Origin: Phoronis australis
Taxonomy: Eukaryota; Animalia; Phoronida
Reading direction: 5' to 3'
DNA length: 64,000 bases
Assembly: GCA_002633005.1 (NCBI GenBank)
Contig: NMRA01000018.1
Span: 1,572,814 to 1,636,813, forward strand
How positions within the stretch are numbered: position 1 is the first letter of the stretch; each line of letters begins with the position of its first letter. Positions 13,849-25,826 of the stretch are shown here, piece after piece. The notes below the pieces were generated by a model. It worked only from the letters and a program-made list of their open reading frames with translations. It did not search any database and had not been told where the DNA came from. A program made the position numbers and the translations under genes.

Positions 13849-14493
13849 GTAAGTTGTACATTTATTCATCCGTGCCATCTAGTGAATGTACATCTTGAGA
13901 TATCATTTCAGTCGATGCGCTAATCGCAAGCTAACGTGCATTACGTTGTATATATACATCTGTTCACTACTGCCATCTCGTGGCTCTACACCACGAGACC
14001 TCACTAATTGCAAGTTGTGTTGTACACCAACATGTATCCTGCAGGGCCATCACTTTACCAATGTCATCGTTTGTTACCGAGTTGGTCTACTCGTAGATGT
14101 GCGTTACATTAGAAACTCGAAGACTCGTACAGCAGCCGTGTGTTCTTCGTAGATTTAAACACAGATCGCGAACTACAGAATCCTTCGATTTCAAGAACAC
14201 TGGTGTATAAGGGCAATTACCGCACTAACGACGACTTCAAGACAAAATATTCAGACTGAAATAAATTAAACTATCCTGGACTAAACTGGTGATTTTTCTA
14301 TCTTCCGGATTTTTGAAATTTAATTCCTGTAAAAATTAATGTTTAAATTGTTTTTCTTCCAAAAAAGTGCGATAAATAGTAGCCCAAAGTGAAGTCATCG
14401 TTTCTTTTTTTGACCAAAGGACATAACGGCGGCATGTAACTAGTTTATGACAAATGATACGAGGACGCTTCACAATAGACAAAGTTATTATCA

Positions 14494-14646
14494 GGGCCCA
14501 GTTGCATAAAATTTATACGCCGTATAGCAACAATGACGTCGCATTATCACGTGTCACGTTGTTATTGTTGAACAATGCACGTGACGTCACGCAACAATCA
14601 AACTTATCCAGCGGATAACTTTTGAAGCTTTATGGAACCCAGCCCT
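14494..14646. mobile_element. Small Harbinger-like MITE
   Basis: Imperfect TIRs gggcccagttgcataaa / tttatggaacccagccc; absent in the paralogous intron (~49600). Confidence 0.5.
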
Positions 14647-14833
14647 GATCTTGGAAACCGCTTTCGTCTGGAGTTGAAACTGTGCGAAGATATTCGTTTT
14701 ACAGCAGGAAAATGATCGAAATCAAGAGTTATACCATTTTACCAGTGACCGGACGTGTGACATTTGATAAAACTGTGCCAGGATGAATGCTAGACACAAT
14801 ACATATTGATATTATCACCCGCGTCTTTTTCAG

Positions 14834-15003
14834 CCGAGATGACGGACTACCCGAAGAAATGGTGGCAACCGTGGTATTGGGGAAAGTTTCCCACTGAGTG
14901 TCGAGTGGCAAAGTGCAAATGTGACTTGGAGTCGGCTGAATGCTTTGCCCAAAACCCTGTAAATCCGAAATATCAGAATTATGATGTGAAGAAGTGCAAA
15001 TGA
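14834..15003 (+). pseudogene. sPLA2 copy 1 exon 5 (Trp-rich loop, helix 3 Asp, C-terminus)
   Basis: ttttcag acceptor; EMTDYPKKWWQPWYWGKFPTECRVAKCKCDLESAECFAQNPVNPKYQNYDVKKCK*. Confidence 0.9.
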
Positions 15004-15024
15004 ACGCCAAAAGCGTGTTGCACG

Positions 15025-15967
15025 CATAGGCGGATTTAGGGCTGCCGCAATAAAATAAAACAGCAAGAGCGTAGGGAAATGTTGAGTCTATTAATTAACC
15101 CCGGTAATTAAAATTATACGGATGAAACAAGATTTAAATGTGTGCAGTTTTAGTGTTTGGGGGAGGGGGGGGGGGCTCAGATCCAATTTCAAGTGTCAAA
15201 TTCGGAACACGGCATATTCGTAACTATGGCTAAGTATAGGCCCTAACGCGATATCCCAGGCGACCGGCAGTGGCGCTGCGCACTACGACTACGTCTCCGT
15301 CGGCAGTGAACAAAATTTACTTCATTTTTAAAGAAAATGGAACCTGAGTGACGATGAAAAAACAGAAGCTGCTGGTAAGATGTGAATTTTAATCGAAGCC
15401 TTAGTGAATAACTCAGAAACTCATAATTCTCTCTTTGTCAGACCTTAACTTAAGAAGATTTCCAAAGCAATCCCGCCATTATTGCCAACACGAAAAACGG
15501 ATTTGGTCTTTTGGGCATTTGAAGACTATATTAACTACAACAAATATGTTAAGAACCAATTGCACAAAATATAAAACGTGTAATAAGCATTACAAAAAGA
15601 AGTAGGCTTCGTGCGCAAACGTTGTGGACCATAAAGAAGTAGGTCTCTTAGTTTAAGTGTAGTAGCTAAAGCATGGTGGCGTAGTGGTAAAGCACGCCCG
15701 CTCTATCCGCCAGGTCGTGAGTTCGAGTCTGTGGTACTGGCAGTTTTTCCTGTTTGACACGTTCTCCATTTTTTGCCTTTTTTTCTTGGATAATACTTCA
15801 GGAATCAAGGAAAATGCTTCATTTTTAGAGGAAAAAACAGAAAAAATCCTGGGCGGGACGTGGGTCCCCCCATTCGGTGCTATGCGCACCTACAATCGTG
15901 GTTTGAGCAAATGCTTACAGTCGGACAAAACGTTGGCCCCCCTTGTGATATCCTAGATCCGCCACTG
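15025..15967. mobile_element. Non-autonomous hAT-like element in the 3' UTR of copy 1
   Basis: TIR CATAGGCGGATTTAGG / CCTAGATCCGCCACTG; 5-bp TSD gcacg; empty site at ~50652; deletion derivative of 25827-30860. Confidence 0.8.
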
Positions 15968-16610
15968 GCACGTGTGAATAACAATACATTCATCAAATAT
16001 ACCGAGAGTAGCGTTGACGAAGTAATGTCCCGCAAGACATTCCGAGTATCGACCGAGCTAGACCTGAGGTTGAGGTCGATATGCGAAATAATGTCGGGAT
16101 ATATATGTATCTACGCCAGTTGATCCATAATGCAGTTGAAGAAGCTCTAGGCTTGTGGGACAGGCGAAACTGCAAATGGACCAGCTGAGCTGAGGCTGAA
16201 AAAAGATACGTCGCTGGCCTCTCTGATCTGCAATTACAGTCACGTGTAGCGCGCATTCTAATTTCTGAGTGTTTAAATAGAGATTTTGGAATTCTTGGAA
16301 ACCATTTTCCGGCATTTATGTTTCCGAGTAATTTTCGTAAACATGTGACTCTCAACAGCTTCACGTGTGCAAGAACAACAAACGTGCTCTTATGATGCGG
16401 GGACTTTAAGTTTTAAAGAAACATAGCCGGAAACTCGGGTCACAGGCAATACGTATATGTGCCATTTTCGAATTTTTGGATTGGCCTGAAGCCCATGTAT
16501 GCCTACCACGTCATTCAGCTCCCCCCATAGGCCTGTGGATTTCTTATTGAGCAGACAGATGTCTGGATATTTCATCAAAATTGCTCGAGAAAGGTCGCGT
16601 TTCGGACCTG

Positions 16611-16935
16611 GGCCCGGAGTCTAATCTTTGCACTCGAATTCAAACTAGAATTTTTTTTTCGTTTTTTCCCTTCTACTCGCAATAAGTGTCTATAGTTCCG
16701 ATTTATTTACGTTTTGGTGTATATGGACGGGTGTCTAATCTTAGGTTGAACTTGACAACCTCAACATGAAGTTATAAGTCCGCACTCGAAATCTGTAGTT
16801 GTATCTTAGATTTGGGGTCATCAAAACCTCATCTGCGTAAACCATTTTGTACTGTGGCGTAGAATTATACAAAATTATTTTGAACTGTCAAAAAGTGATT
16901 TCGAGTTTAATTTTGAACATAAAGATTAGACCCCA
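16611..16935. mobile_element. Old Harbinger-like MITE shared with the paralogous region 52100-52497
   Basis: ggcccggagtctaatcttt...aaagattagacccc ends, related to 50894-51294; present downstream of both copies. Confidence 0.5.
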
Positions 16936-18112
16936 GTACATGATACAAGCGTTAAGCGCGCAGGGTATTAAAATAAGGTAAGAAACTCCTAACGCGGCTC
17001 GTGAGACACCGAGAATTAGCACTGCCTTCGAAGTGAGTAAACGGAACATCGTCTCGAAAATTTCGGTTATAAGTTCATCTATTTCGAAGGTTTGAATGAA
17101 ACCTGAGGTCAATATTCACTTGATTAAGGCCCAGTTATTGCAAAACATACTTTATTATCCAGTGTACACTTTGAAAGGGCACGTTTCAGTTCGCCAGGTG
17201 ATGGGTGGCTAATTGGAAACGTCCTTCTAAAACTGGTGGCGTAAGAGGATTTACAAATTTGGAACTACTCGGGTATGAAACACTGGCATCTGCCCAGGGC
17301 GACGAACATTTCCCCTCTGATGGGCCTAGGTATATGGAGACCATATTGAGGAGGTTTTTGAATTTTGAAAATTGGACAAGAAATGTGACTTTTACAACGT
17401 TTATTTAACGTTGAAATAATATTATCGTATCCTCATTAATTCTACCGGCTGTGCAACATGATACGGCCAGATACCAAACCACCAGGCAGAAGTTGGATTT
17501 TTAGGTAAGCCAAGTAACATCGCACAATTCTTGGGATGACAAGAGCAAGATATTGCTGTGTATTTTCAATGAGAGCACGTGATTTTAGCTGGATTTTTAC
17601 CCCACGAGAATACTTTTGAACAATACCTTGTGAACGTATTCCTTATAGTCCAGTGTTTGGTCGTCGTCATGTATAGGCCTATGGAACATGTAAGGCCAGA
17701 ACATCAAAGAAAATTTACAATGTCCTGAAATTTCTCGAACCCCAGAAAACTCACCGAACGCCGGTTACGAAATTCCCAATGCCCAGATAGCTCACAGCCT
17801 CACAGAAAGTTTGCAACCTCAAAAAAGTTCACTCTGTTGTACTGGAGGAACATAAAAGGCCTTGAGCCGAAGGAATTTGCATGAACCTCTCGTTTGCATG
17901 TGCTGCATGGTAACTGTCAATGATTTGAATCATCTTAAAGAATGCAACAGCTTATTTGAAATAGCATGAGCAAACAAAATTACAAATCGAAACAGAATGG
18001 AAGCGATTACAGATTTTGTGGGTAAAATTGTGTTTGTTTTTTCTTCAATAGTATGCAAAGCAGATACATTTCAGTCACGTTTATTGGATACATTCGATAT
18101 TTACCCCACGAC

Positions 18113-18640
18113 GTTATATGTTTATATACATAATTATACTATATGTTATAATGTATATGTATATATACATAATTATACTATATGTAGTAATGTATATGTA
18201 TATATACATAATTATACTATATGTAGTAATGTATATGTATATATACATAATTATACTATATGTAGTAATGTATATGTATATATACATAACTATACTATAT
18301 GCAGTAATGTCTATGTATATATACATAACTATACTATATGTAGTAATATATATGTATATATACATAATTATACTATATGTAGTAATGTATATGTATATAT
18401 ACATAACTATACTATATGTAGTAATGTCTATGTCTATGTATATATACATAACTATACTATATGTAGTAATGTATATGTATATGTATATATACATAATTAT
18501 ACTATATGTAGTAATGTATATGTATATATACATAATTATACTATATGAATAATGTATATGTATATATACATAATTATACTATATGTAGTAATGTATATGT
18601 ATATATACATAATTATACTATATGTAGTAATGTATATGAT
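18113..18640. repeat. 39-bp AT-rich minisatellite, ~13 copies
   Basis: Unit atgtatatgtatatatacataattatactatatgtagta; it produces the spurious 13-aa periodic ORFs. Confidence 0.95.
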
Positions 18641-18886
18641 AATGCGACACAGAAATAGACAAACTTCTTATCGCATGAGCGTAATAATTATCCGTCCCAA
18701 ATACAACTATCGAAAGGAGGCGCTGTGAAAAGATCATGTAACACGACTTCTCATTGATTAAGAGAACTAATTAACAATCGGAAGTACATGCACAGCGATG
18801 TAGTGCGAGGTGTTGCAAACTAACCTTACATGTAAATACCTAGTCTCCAACTGAATTTAAACATTAATCTTTGTAACTTTTGGTTC

Positions 18887-19172
18887 TACGGTGGCTGTGA
18901 AAGGACGGCAACGCAACTATTTTTCTCCGTTGCTAACTCTATCGGTAGACTTACTATCTCTATCGATAGACTTACTATTTCTATCGATGGACTTAGAAAC
19001 TCTATCGATAGACTCGAAATAATAAGTCTATCGATAGAGTTAGTAAGGCTATCGATAGAGATAGTAAGTCTATCGTTAGAGTTAAGAAGTCTATCGACAG
19101 AGGTATTAAGTCTATCGATAGAGTTAACAACGCAGAAAAAAGTTGCCGTGCCGTCCTATCACAGCCACCGTA
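18887..19172. mobile_element. Palindromic MITE with internal ~20-bp repeat arrays
   Basis: TIR TACGGTGGCTGTGA..GGACGGCA; ctctatcgatagactta units switch orientation at ~19020. Confidence 0.75.
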
Positions 19173-19319
19173 CGTTTGTATGTAAGGAAAGATGGAGAGC
19201 CAAACGCTATCAACAAAGACGTTGATGTTATGTGCTTTGTTGTTATGTAGACCTAAGTCACGTGGAGGACATTAAAATCCAAAGCAAGGCTCACTGCGAT
19301 AAGGTGGCACTGAATAGTT

Positions 19320-21460
19320 AGGCTACGGCCGCGGCCAATTTGCACTGCCAAAATATAGAAATTTTGGGGTAGGCCAAGTTTGGGGGCATTTTGTAGGTGG
19401 GCATTGCACGTAGGCTCAGTGAATGTGGTTTGTTTGTATTTGTGAACATGCTGTGAATAAAAAAGGCCACTTTCTTGGCTGTAGCTGCACTCTTCTTCAA
19501 GATGGCGGCCCCCGGCTGCAATTGTGCATTGTTGGGTAGCGACCGAGAAATTGGCTGTGGTTTTAGGTAGCCCTCAAACAAGCAAGAATTGCCAAAAAAC
19601 TAGTTGGTTGACAGTACTTTTTGACCACATTTTCGGAATCGGTAGGAAATTTGCTTTCAGACTCTAATGTTGGTTTTAGTCGTGCATTGGCAGGGAAGTG
19701 GTGTTTTTCGGGTGAAAAGTGCCGATTTTGCATTATTTTGCCCTTATTTTTCTTAGACTAGCTTGGTTTTCAGTGGGAATGAAATGGTCAAAAATACAAG
19801 AAAGAATAAAGTTTCTGTGCTCATCTGCTGGGCTTTTTATGTGAAATAATTGAAAACATGCCATTCTTTGCATCCTGTTTTTGACAGAGTGAAGAAAAGG
19901 TTACAAATCAAGTGAAGTGTGTTTTGCTAGGCAAAACCCAGTGAGAACTGTTCTGTGCCTCCATAAACAAAGCGGAAATTTACATTGCGTGAGTTAAATG
20001 GCCGGTCTTTCGAGTCCAACCTGGGTATTACATCTTGAAAATGTGTCGATAATTAACCAAAGAGACGTAGAAAACTACATTATAGAACAAGTCAATGCAC
20101 CAAAGAGTTGTCTGACGAAAGGGTATAAGTTTTTTTCGGAAAACTAGGTTCGAAACATGAAAAGTAAAGATGACCTAATTGCGGCGATCGTCACGGTAGT
20201 GTTACGAATTAGGTATTATGCTGAAGGCAGGGCTTCGTTTCTTCTTGTAAATTGTTGATAAAAATGCTTTTTACACGAACCAGGTCATCTGCTTGTATTG
20301 TTGACGAGCTAAAGATATATTCGACAGTGGTGGCTTATCGCATTTTGCTGTCATGTGCAATTAGTCACATCTGGTTTAATTTGTTGATCAAAAGTATTAA
20401 TACCAAGCATATAGCCTATGTCCTGGTGAGGTAGGGACTACTGGGACTAACAAGTGCTTTGTCATTGATCTGAAAGAATAACTGATGTTATTAAATATAT
20501 TTTTTATTAAAATTAAAAACCAAAAATAAAAATTATTTGACCATTTTTTAAATGTTGAAAAAAACGAGCACAGCCTCAGAAATCGCTTTCGCATTATATC
20601 CAGGTTCTCATTCACTCCATTACACACATTCACAAGTAATTATTTGACCATCAATTCTGCTTTCTTGGTTTTAATAATTCTTATATACAGCTGTACGTCT
20701 ATTTCATGTGTTAGGTTTCAAAAATCAATCTGGACCAAGTTGAATTTTAAAATTAAAACACCCGACTTGTTAGTCCAAAGCATAACCTTGTTTTTCAGCT
20801 CAATTTCAGTTAACTGCACAGAGCAAGCATAGTTATCATGTTTCTTCAGGGCGGCCTCGTTCATCCGCGGAAAGGTGCTTGTGTGCCTTCGTGAGAGGAG
20901 CATTTTTTCGCCGAGTAAGGGGAAAATCTACCTCCCAATCATCATCAATAGCACACCCGCACTTTGCCCTTTCAAATTGTCACCTATGTGGATACAGGCG
21001 GTTTGAGCTTCGGAGAGAACTTTTCAATCAATAGGGGAATTTTAAGGGCCTCGTGGGGGGAATTTCGGGGGATTTTTGAGAGGGGAATAGGGCCGATATT
21101 CGGCCCTAAAATCGAGTTATTGAGGGCCCTGTCTTTTTTGAAAGGAAACATGCATCATCTTTCACCCCGTAGTTTTGAAAACACAGCCTGGCTGAACGAA
21201 GATTCTCCTGTCGTTGCTATGACGCTCGGCAACCAAGATGCGAGAAAACATGATCAAACTTTCCGAAAACATTTATAAATTTTACAGGGACACATTTTTC
21301 TTCGTCGTGCGTATGGCAACGACCCAACGCTTCCGAATCTCAACGTCCTCAGGGATTGTAAAACAGACAGTTAAGTGTCCGTATTTTTTCTAGCCGTTCA
21401 AGCAACGCGGAATACAACCAGTATGCCGATAAGCCAACAGAGATATCGTAGCGAGCCTCG
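19320..21460. mobile_element. Degraded DNA transposon, possibly ISL2EU-like
   Basis: + strand ~20037-20165 reads ENVSIINQRDVENYI...KGYKFFSEN, resembling the SWIM/YqaJ partner ORF; - strand ~20500-20630 weakly resembles HTH_Tnp_4; boundaries uncertain. Confidence 0.35.
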
Positions 21461-21506
21461 TTTTGGAACGTGCCTCCTGTCGGCGTGAATTAGGTCTATA
21501 TTTAAG

Positions 21507-21678
21507 TGACCCGACGTTGTCCACCACTAAAAGTTCCAGTTCACGACCGGTTTCATTTTATTCCGGTCGCAATTCTGGTGACGTCATCATACTCACCTGC
21601 TCCATTGGATACCAGCTGGTTGGAAACGACATTCTCACGTGCACCCCGTTCGAAGTGACCCACCGCCAACGTGTGAAG
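21507..21678 (+). pseudogene. Orphan, frameshifted Sushi/CCP domain exon
   Basis: RCPPLKVP...GDVIILTCSIGYQLVGNDILTC...SDPPPTCE across frameshifts; tttaag acceptor and gtaaat donor, phase 1. Confidence 0.7.
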
Positions 21679-23319
21679 GTAAATATAGAACTGATTTAAC
21701 TGAGTAACTGTACTCTAACGCATTTCGCAAGGGACCCTGCACTTAAAGGAGCGTTTGTTACTATTTAACTGTCAATATTGAATTCTCAACAGAAGCGTAT
21801 TGGAGTATAAAAACATTCGATGTTCCCGCCACAGTGGGTTTCATTCACAATCAGTTTAATAAAGGGAACTTAATAAGAGTCATTGAGTAAACGGAATATG
21901 CAAAATTGATTTGGGGGATTTCAAGGACCTCCAGAAACAGTACAATTAACTCTGAAAATGTAATTCAGTCATCGAAGATATCAACACCAAACTAAAACAT
22001 ATGTTTCAACAAAAGCCTGACCCTGTGGTCGGTATAATTGCTCGACATGTAACTTCCAATCAATCACACATTTTTACCGTCAATTGGTTCCTGCCGTTTT
22101 CGCCACGGAAGATGGAGGGACGAAGGTAGTCACTGACTGATGCTAACAGTTTTTGGTGCGGTGATAGGCTGAAGGCCCGTTATTAATCTCGACTGAGCGT
22201 ACATCAGTCCAGTCAAACACATGTCTATGTATTGCCTGTTCTGTGCTCCAGCCAATGCTGCGAAGCTTTGACTCGCATCGCATCGCATGTTGTCAAACCT
22301 GTTCGGCATGTATGTTTTAGGGGTTTTGTGATTACACTAGATGTGTTATGCGAAAAATATAGGCAACGTCTACTACATTGTCGTTTTTGTGAATGGCATA
22401 CAAAAGATTTTGCGCCACGTTGTTACCACAATAAATGGACAACCCGGGCGATGAGTCCCTGAAATATTAATAACACAAGCGATGAAAAACCTCAATTCGA
22501 GATACTACATTACCACTTTCCAGAACTTCCACCTCTACACTCGTTTTGTTGACCCATGCAGATAACACTGCCAAGCCCAAACATTCAACTTAGTTTATAC
22601 CGGTCAAAATCACAACTATATCTGAAAAAATTCCTGGGGTAGTGGCAAGTTGCTTCCAGTATGTGAAACAAGTTTGTGAACAGCAGAATCCCCAATCCAG
22701 GACTAAACGGGATCGCCGATTTTCGGTAATTAAATTAGCAAAATATGTTGAAAAGCTCAAATTATACAGTGACGAGGATAATCCAAATAATATTCATGAA
22801 AATGTAGCTTATTTTAATATAAATTTTCAAGTCGTTTATTATTTGGAATCAAATTTAAGTAAAATATGTGGAATTTTGGTCTTGATCAAAACACAACAGA
22901 ACGTTTGAAGCGGGATCTCAAAATGAAACCACTGTGTCCCTTCGGGATGGTCCGTATAAGAGTACTAGTCAGCAAACCAAAATTTAACAAGTCTTGGTAC
23001 TAAAGATTAACTTGGACATTTTGTCTTAACGAGGCTGAAAAAACACGTGTGCTTGTAACTCGCAGAAGGCTAGAGTTGGTTGGAAAGAACAGTGTAATTG
23101 TCTGAAGATTCAGTTAATTGTTTATCCTTTGCAGCAGTCGGCAGTTTGTAAAATTGTATTTGAACTCACAACCTATTGATCAGATCGCGCATGCCCTTCC
23201 ATTGCTGCACCACGTTTTCAACAACAACACCATTCTAAGACACAATGCACTTGTTCATGGTCCACACCGTTCGCGCGTGTTGGCATTAACCGCGCGCTTA
23301 CTTTGCAAATCGTCTTAAT

Positions 23320-23800
23320 TTTTAAGTTTGACAAGGAGAGAATGATGAGTGACTCTCTCAGACTTCGATTAAATTCCACATGTTAGGAGCAACTTACTTC
23401 TGTATCTTCGTCAGTCAGCTTCTGTTTTCTTTGAAAAAATGAAGTAATTTTCTCCATTGCACATTGAAGCAGACGAGTGGTGCTGGCGGCGCCACTGCCA
23501 GTCGCCTGGGATACCACGCACTTATTGACCGGGAGAAGCATTAATTAGCTATAGTTACAGTTACAATTGAGCTGGTTATCTGCATCGGACACTCTAAATT
23601 GGGTCTGAGCCCCCCACCCCGCCCTCCCACACACACACACACACACGCACACACAAACTACAACTCCACACTTTGTCAAATCTTGTTTCGGCCGTATAGT
23701 ATTAGTTACCGGGGTTAATTAATAAGCTAAGTACATTTGCAGCTTTATTTTTTTGCTGCCACCAAGGGGAGGAGGGCGGGCTCCCCTCAGTCCGCTTCCT
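23320..23800 (-). mobile_element. Inverted partial copy of the 15025/25827 hAT-like element left arm
   Basis: Reverse complement of the ttaaccccggtaa, cccaggcgac..gcagtggcgc and acagaagctg blocks; contains (CA)n. Confidence 0.7.
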
Positions 23801-24339
23801 GCCTTGGTATTATAAACATTTAGAGCTAACGACCGGCGTTGATGCATTCAAAATATTGGTTGCCAACCGACAATCACTTTATCCTGTTGCAACTGTTTAA
23901 GTGAAAAACAATCAAGTAAACGTCATTTTCTTGCATAATTCTCCGCCTTTTGTAACAAAGAAAAACCTGTCTTTGTTTTAAAAACAGTACGCTGGGGATT
24001 CGCGCACGTGCCATTTCCTAAACTTTTGCGACATCAGCTTCCCAGAAGCACATTTTCTTTTGAAATTCGGTTTAGTGATATTAAAATACTAAAAACTTGT
24101 AACGAAATAATATCATTTACGATAATTTGTTTCGACATGTACCAACCCCGTGGAAGAGAAAAACAGTTGATTGAAGAAATGGGGATCAATAGTTGACGCA
24201 ATATTTCATGGCGCCGAAAGCCGATTCAAAAGATCGCACCACAATTTCAGCAAATTTAAATATACATGTAGAACGCCAATTTTCCAACACCGGTAAATAT
24301 CAAATCTTGCTCAAATTTTCAGGGGCATACCGTGGTTGA

Positions 24340-24900
24340 GATTTTTGGAGTTTCTGGCGGGCACAACTTGAGTGTAAATTCTCTGTCATAGGTAATTCAA
24401 GTGATCAGTGGCATGTTTTGAATCACATGGAATTAGTTTTCTGTGATACTGTGAATATATGAGGAAGCTCATTTTTTGGGGGGGGTCCTTTTTTAGTTTG
24501 TGGCAGACACTTATCAGAGTGAAGTTTGTCTGCTATAGGTCATTCGGTGTTCAGTGCTTCACAACTGTTCGTTTTAAATTTTGAACGGTACCTCGAATAT
24601 CTAATCTAATTCAAGTTTTCATTGGCATGAAGTTTTTAAGATTTCTGGCGGGCACAACCCAGAGTGTATTTTTTCTGTCATGGGGAATTTAGTGGTCAGT
24701 TGCATGTATTGAATCATATGGAATTGTTTTTGTGGTACCTTGAATGTACATGTATGAGCTAGCTCATGTGGTTGTCCTTTTTGGGTTTCTGGCGGATCCT
24801 TTTCAGAGTATAACTTGTCTATCATGGGTTCAGTGTTGCACGATTGTTCGTTTTTAATCAATTTTTGCCGATACCTCGAATAACTAATCTGGCCCCCGTT
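24340..24900. repeat. Two diverged ~290-bp tandem units
   Basis: tttctggcgggcacaac...gaatca(c/t)atggaatt...tacctcgaata occurs twice. Confidence 0.7.
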
Positions 24901-25826
24901 GCTACATGTAGGTCCCCATGGGCAACACCCAGAGTGCAGACACCTGCAGACATCCATTTTTACATATTGGGGTGCACTCTAAGGGCTCCGGTTGTCAGTT
25001 GTTGGTACCTCGTTCATTTATGCTCTGGAGCTGTCGGTCTATTAAAACTTTATTTGCTTGTACATCGTTGCTATTGTCCCAAGTTCATTGAAAACGGCTT
25101 TCGATAGCAACTAATGTTTGTGGCCCAAGATGGTGGACGATCACAGTGTTCACGTCCTTGCACGTCTTGACTGGTTGAGATTAATAGCTCGATTGACGTG
25201 TAAGGGCCACCCGTTTCTAAAGAAAGTCGTTTTTATAGTTAAAGTTTGGAATAGTAAAATCTAACGACATGGCACAAATAAGCGTGAGGCCATTGTCGAT
25301 CAAGCACACCCACGGAATTTCTCCTATATTTTGCGTGTATGCTTATTTGTTGCTTGTTTTTATAGTCAAGGGGACAAATGTCGTAGGATAAGTCAGGACA
25401 ATAGACGCAGTACGTAAGATTTATCAATCATTTTTGTCAAATAAATAAACGAAACGGAGTTTTAATGATGCTAAGCAACTAACTAGAAACCAGAACTGTT
25501 TTCTTATTCTTTTCATGTATTCACATTGTTGTATTAATGTGATCAAGACAAACCATGCTTCTTACAACTACGGAAAATATCGTGTAACAACAAAAAGAAT
25601 GAGAAATTGGCATTTCTCAAGCACTTTTTTCGTTCAAAGAAGCTATGTGATAACTAATCTGACAACAACAAAGGTAAGTTTTATGGATTTAGCCTGATAA
25701 ATATCGCAATTTTACCGCATTGCCAAGGTTACCTTCTCTAGAGATAATACGAAATTAGAGTTGTTCTGAGGAATTTAACGGTGTGATAACACAATTATGT
25801 AACGGCCGTGTCATCACCTGTGTACA

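Larger units (their letters stand above)
452..15003 (+). pseudogene. Secreted phospholipase A2 (group I-like) copy 1, pseudogene; exons 452-587, ~1473-1518, 10216-10379, 13715-13848, 14834-15003
   Basis: Exons align to intact copy 2 (YGCFCGRGSVG, CCYVHDQCYD, CKCDLESAECF). Lesions: exon 2 acceptor ttttcag>ttttcat, +1 frameshift in exon 3 (~10292), in-frame TAA at 13821-13823 (GAA in copy 2). Confidence 0.9.

Noticed and set aside
17997-18552. Long ORFs (139-183 aa) on both strands
   Set aside because: Artefact of the 39-bp stop-poor minisatellite.
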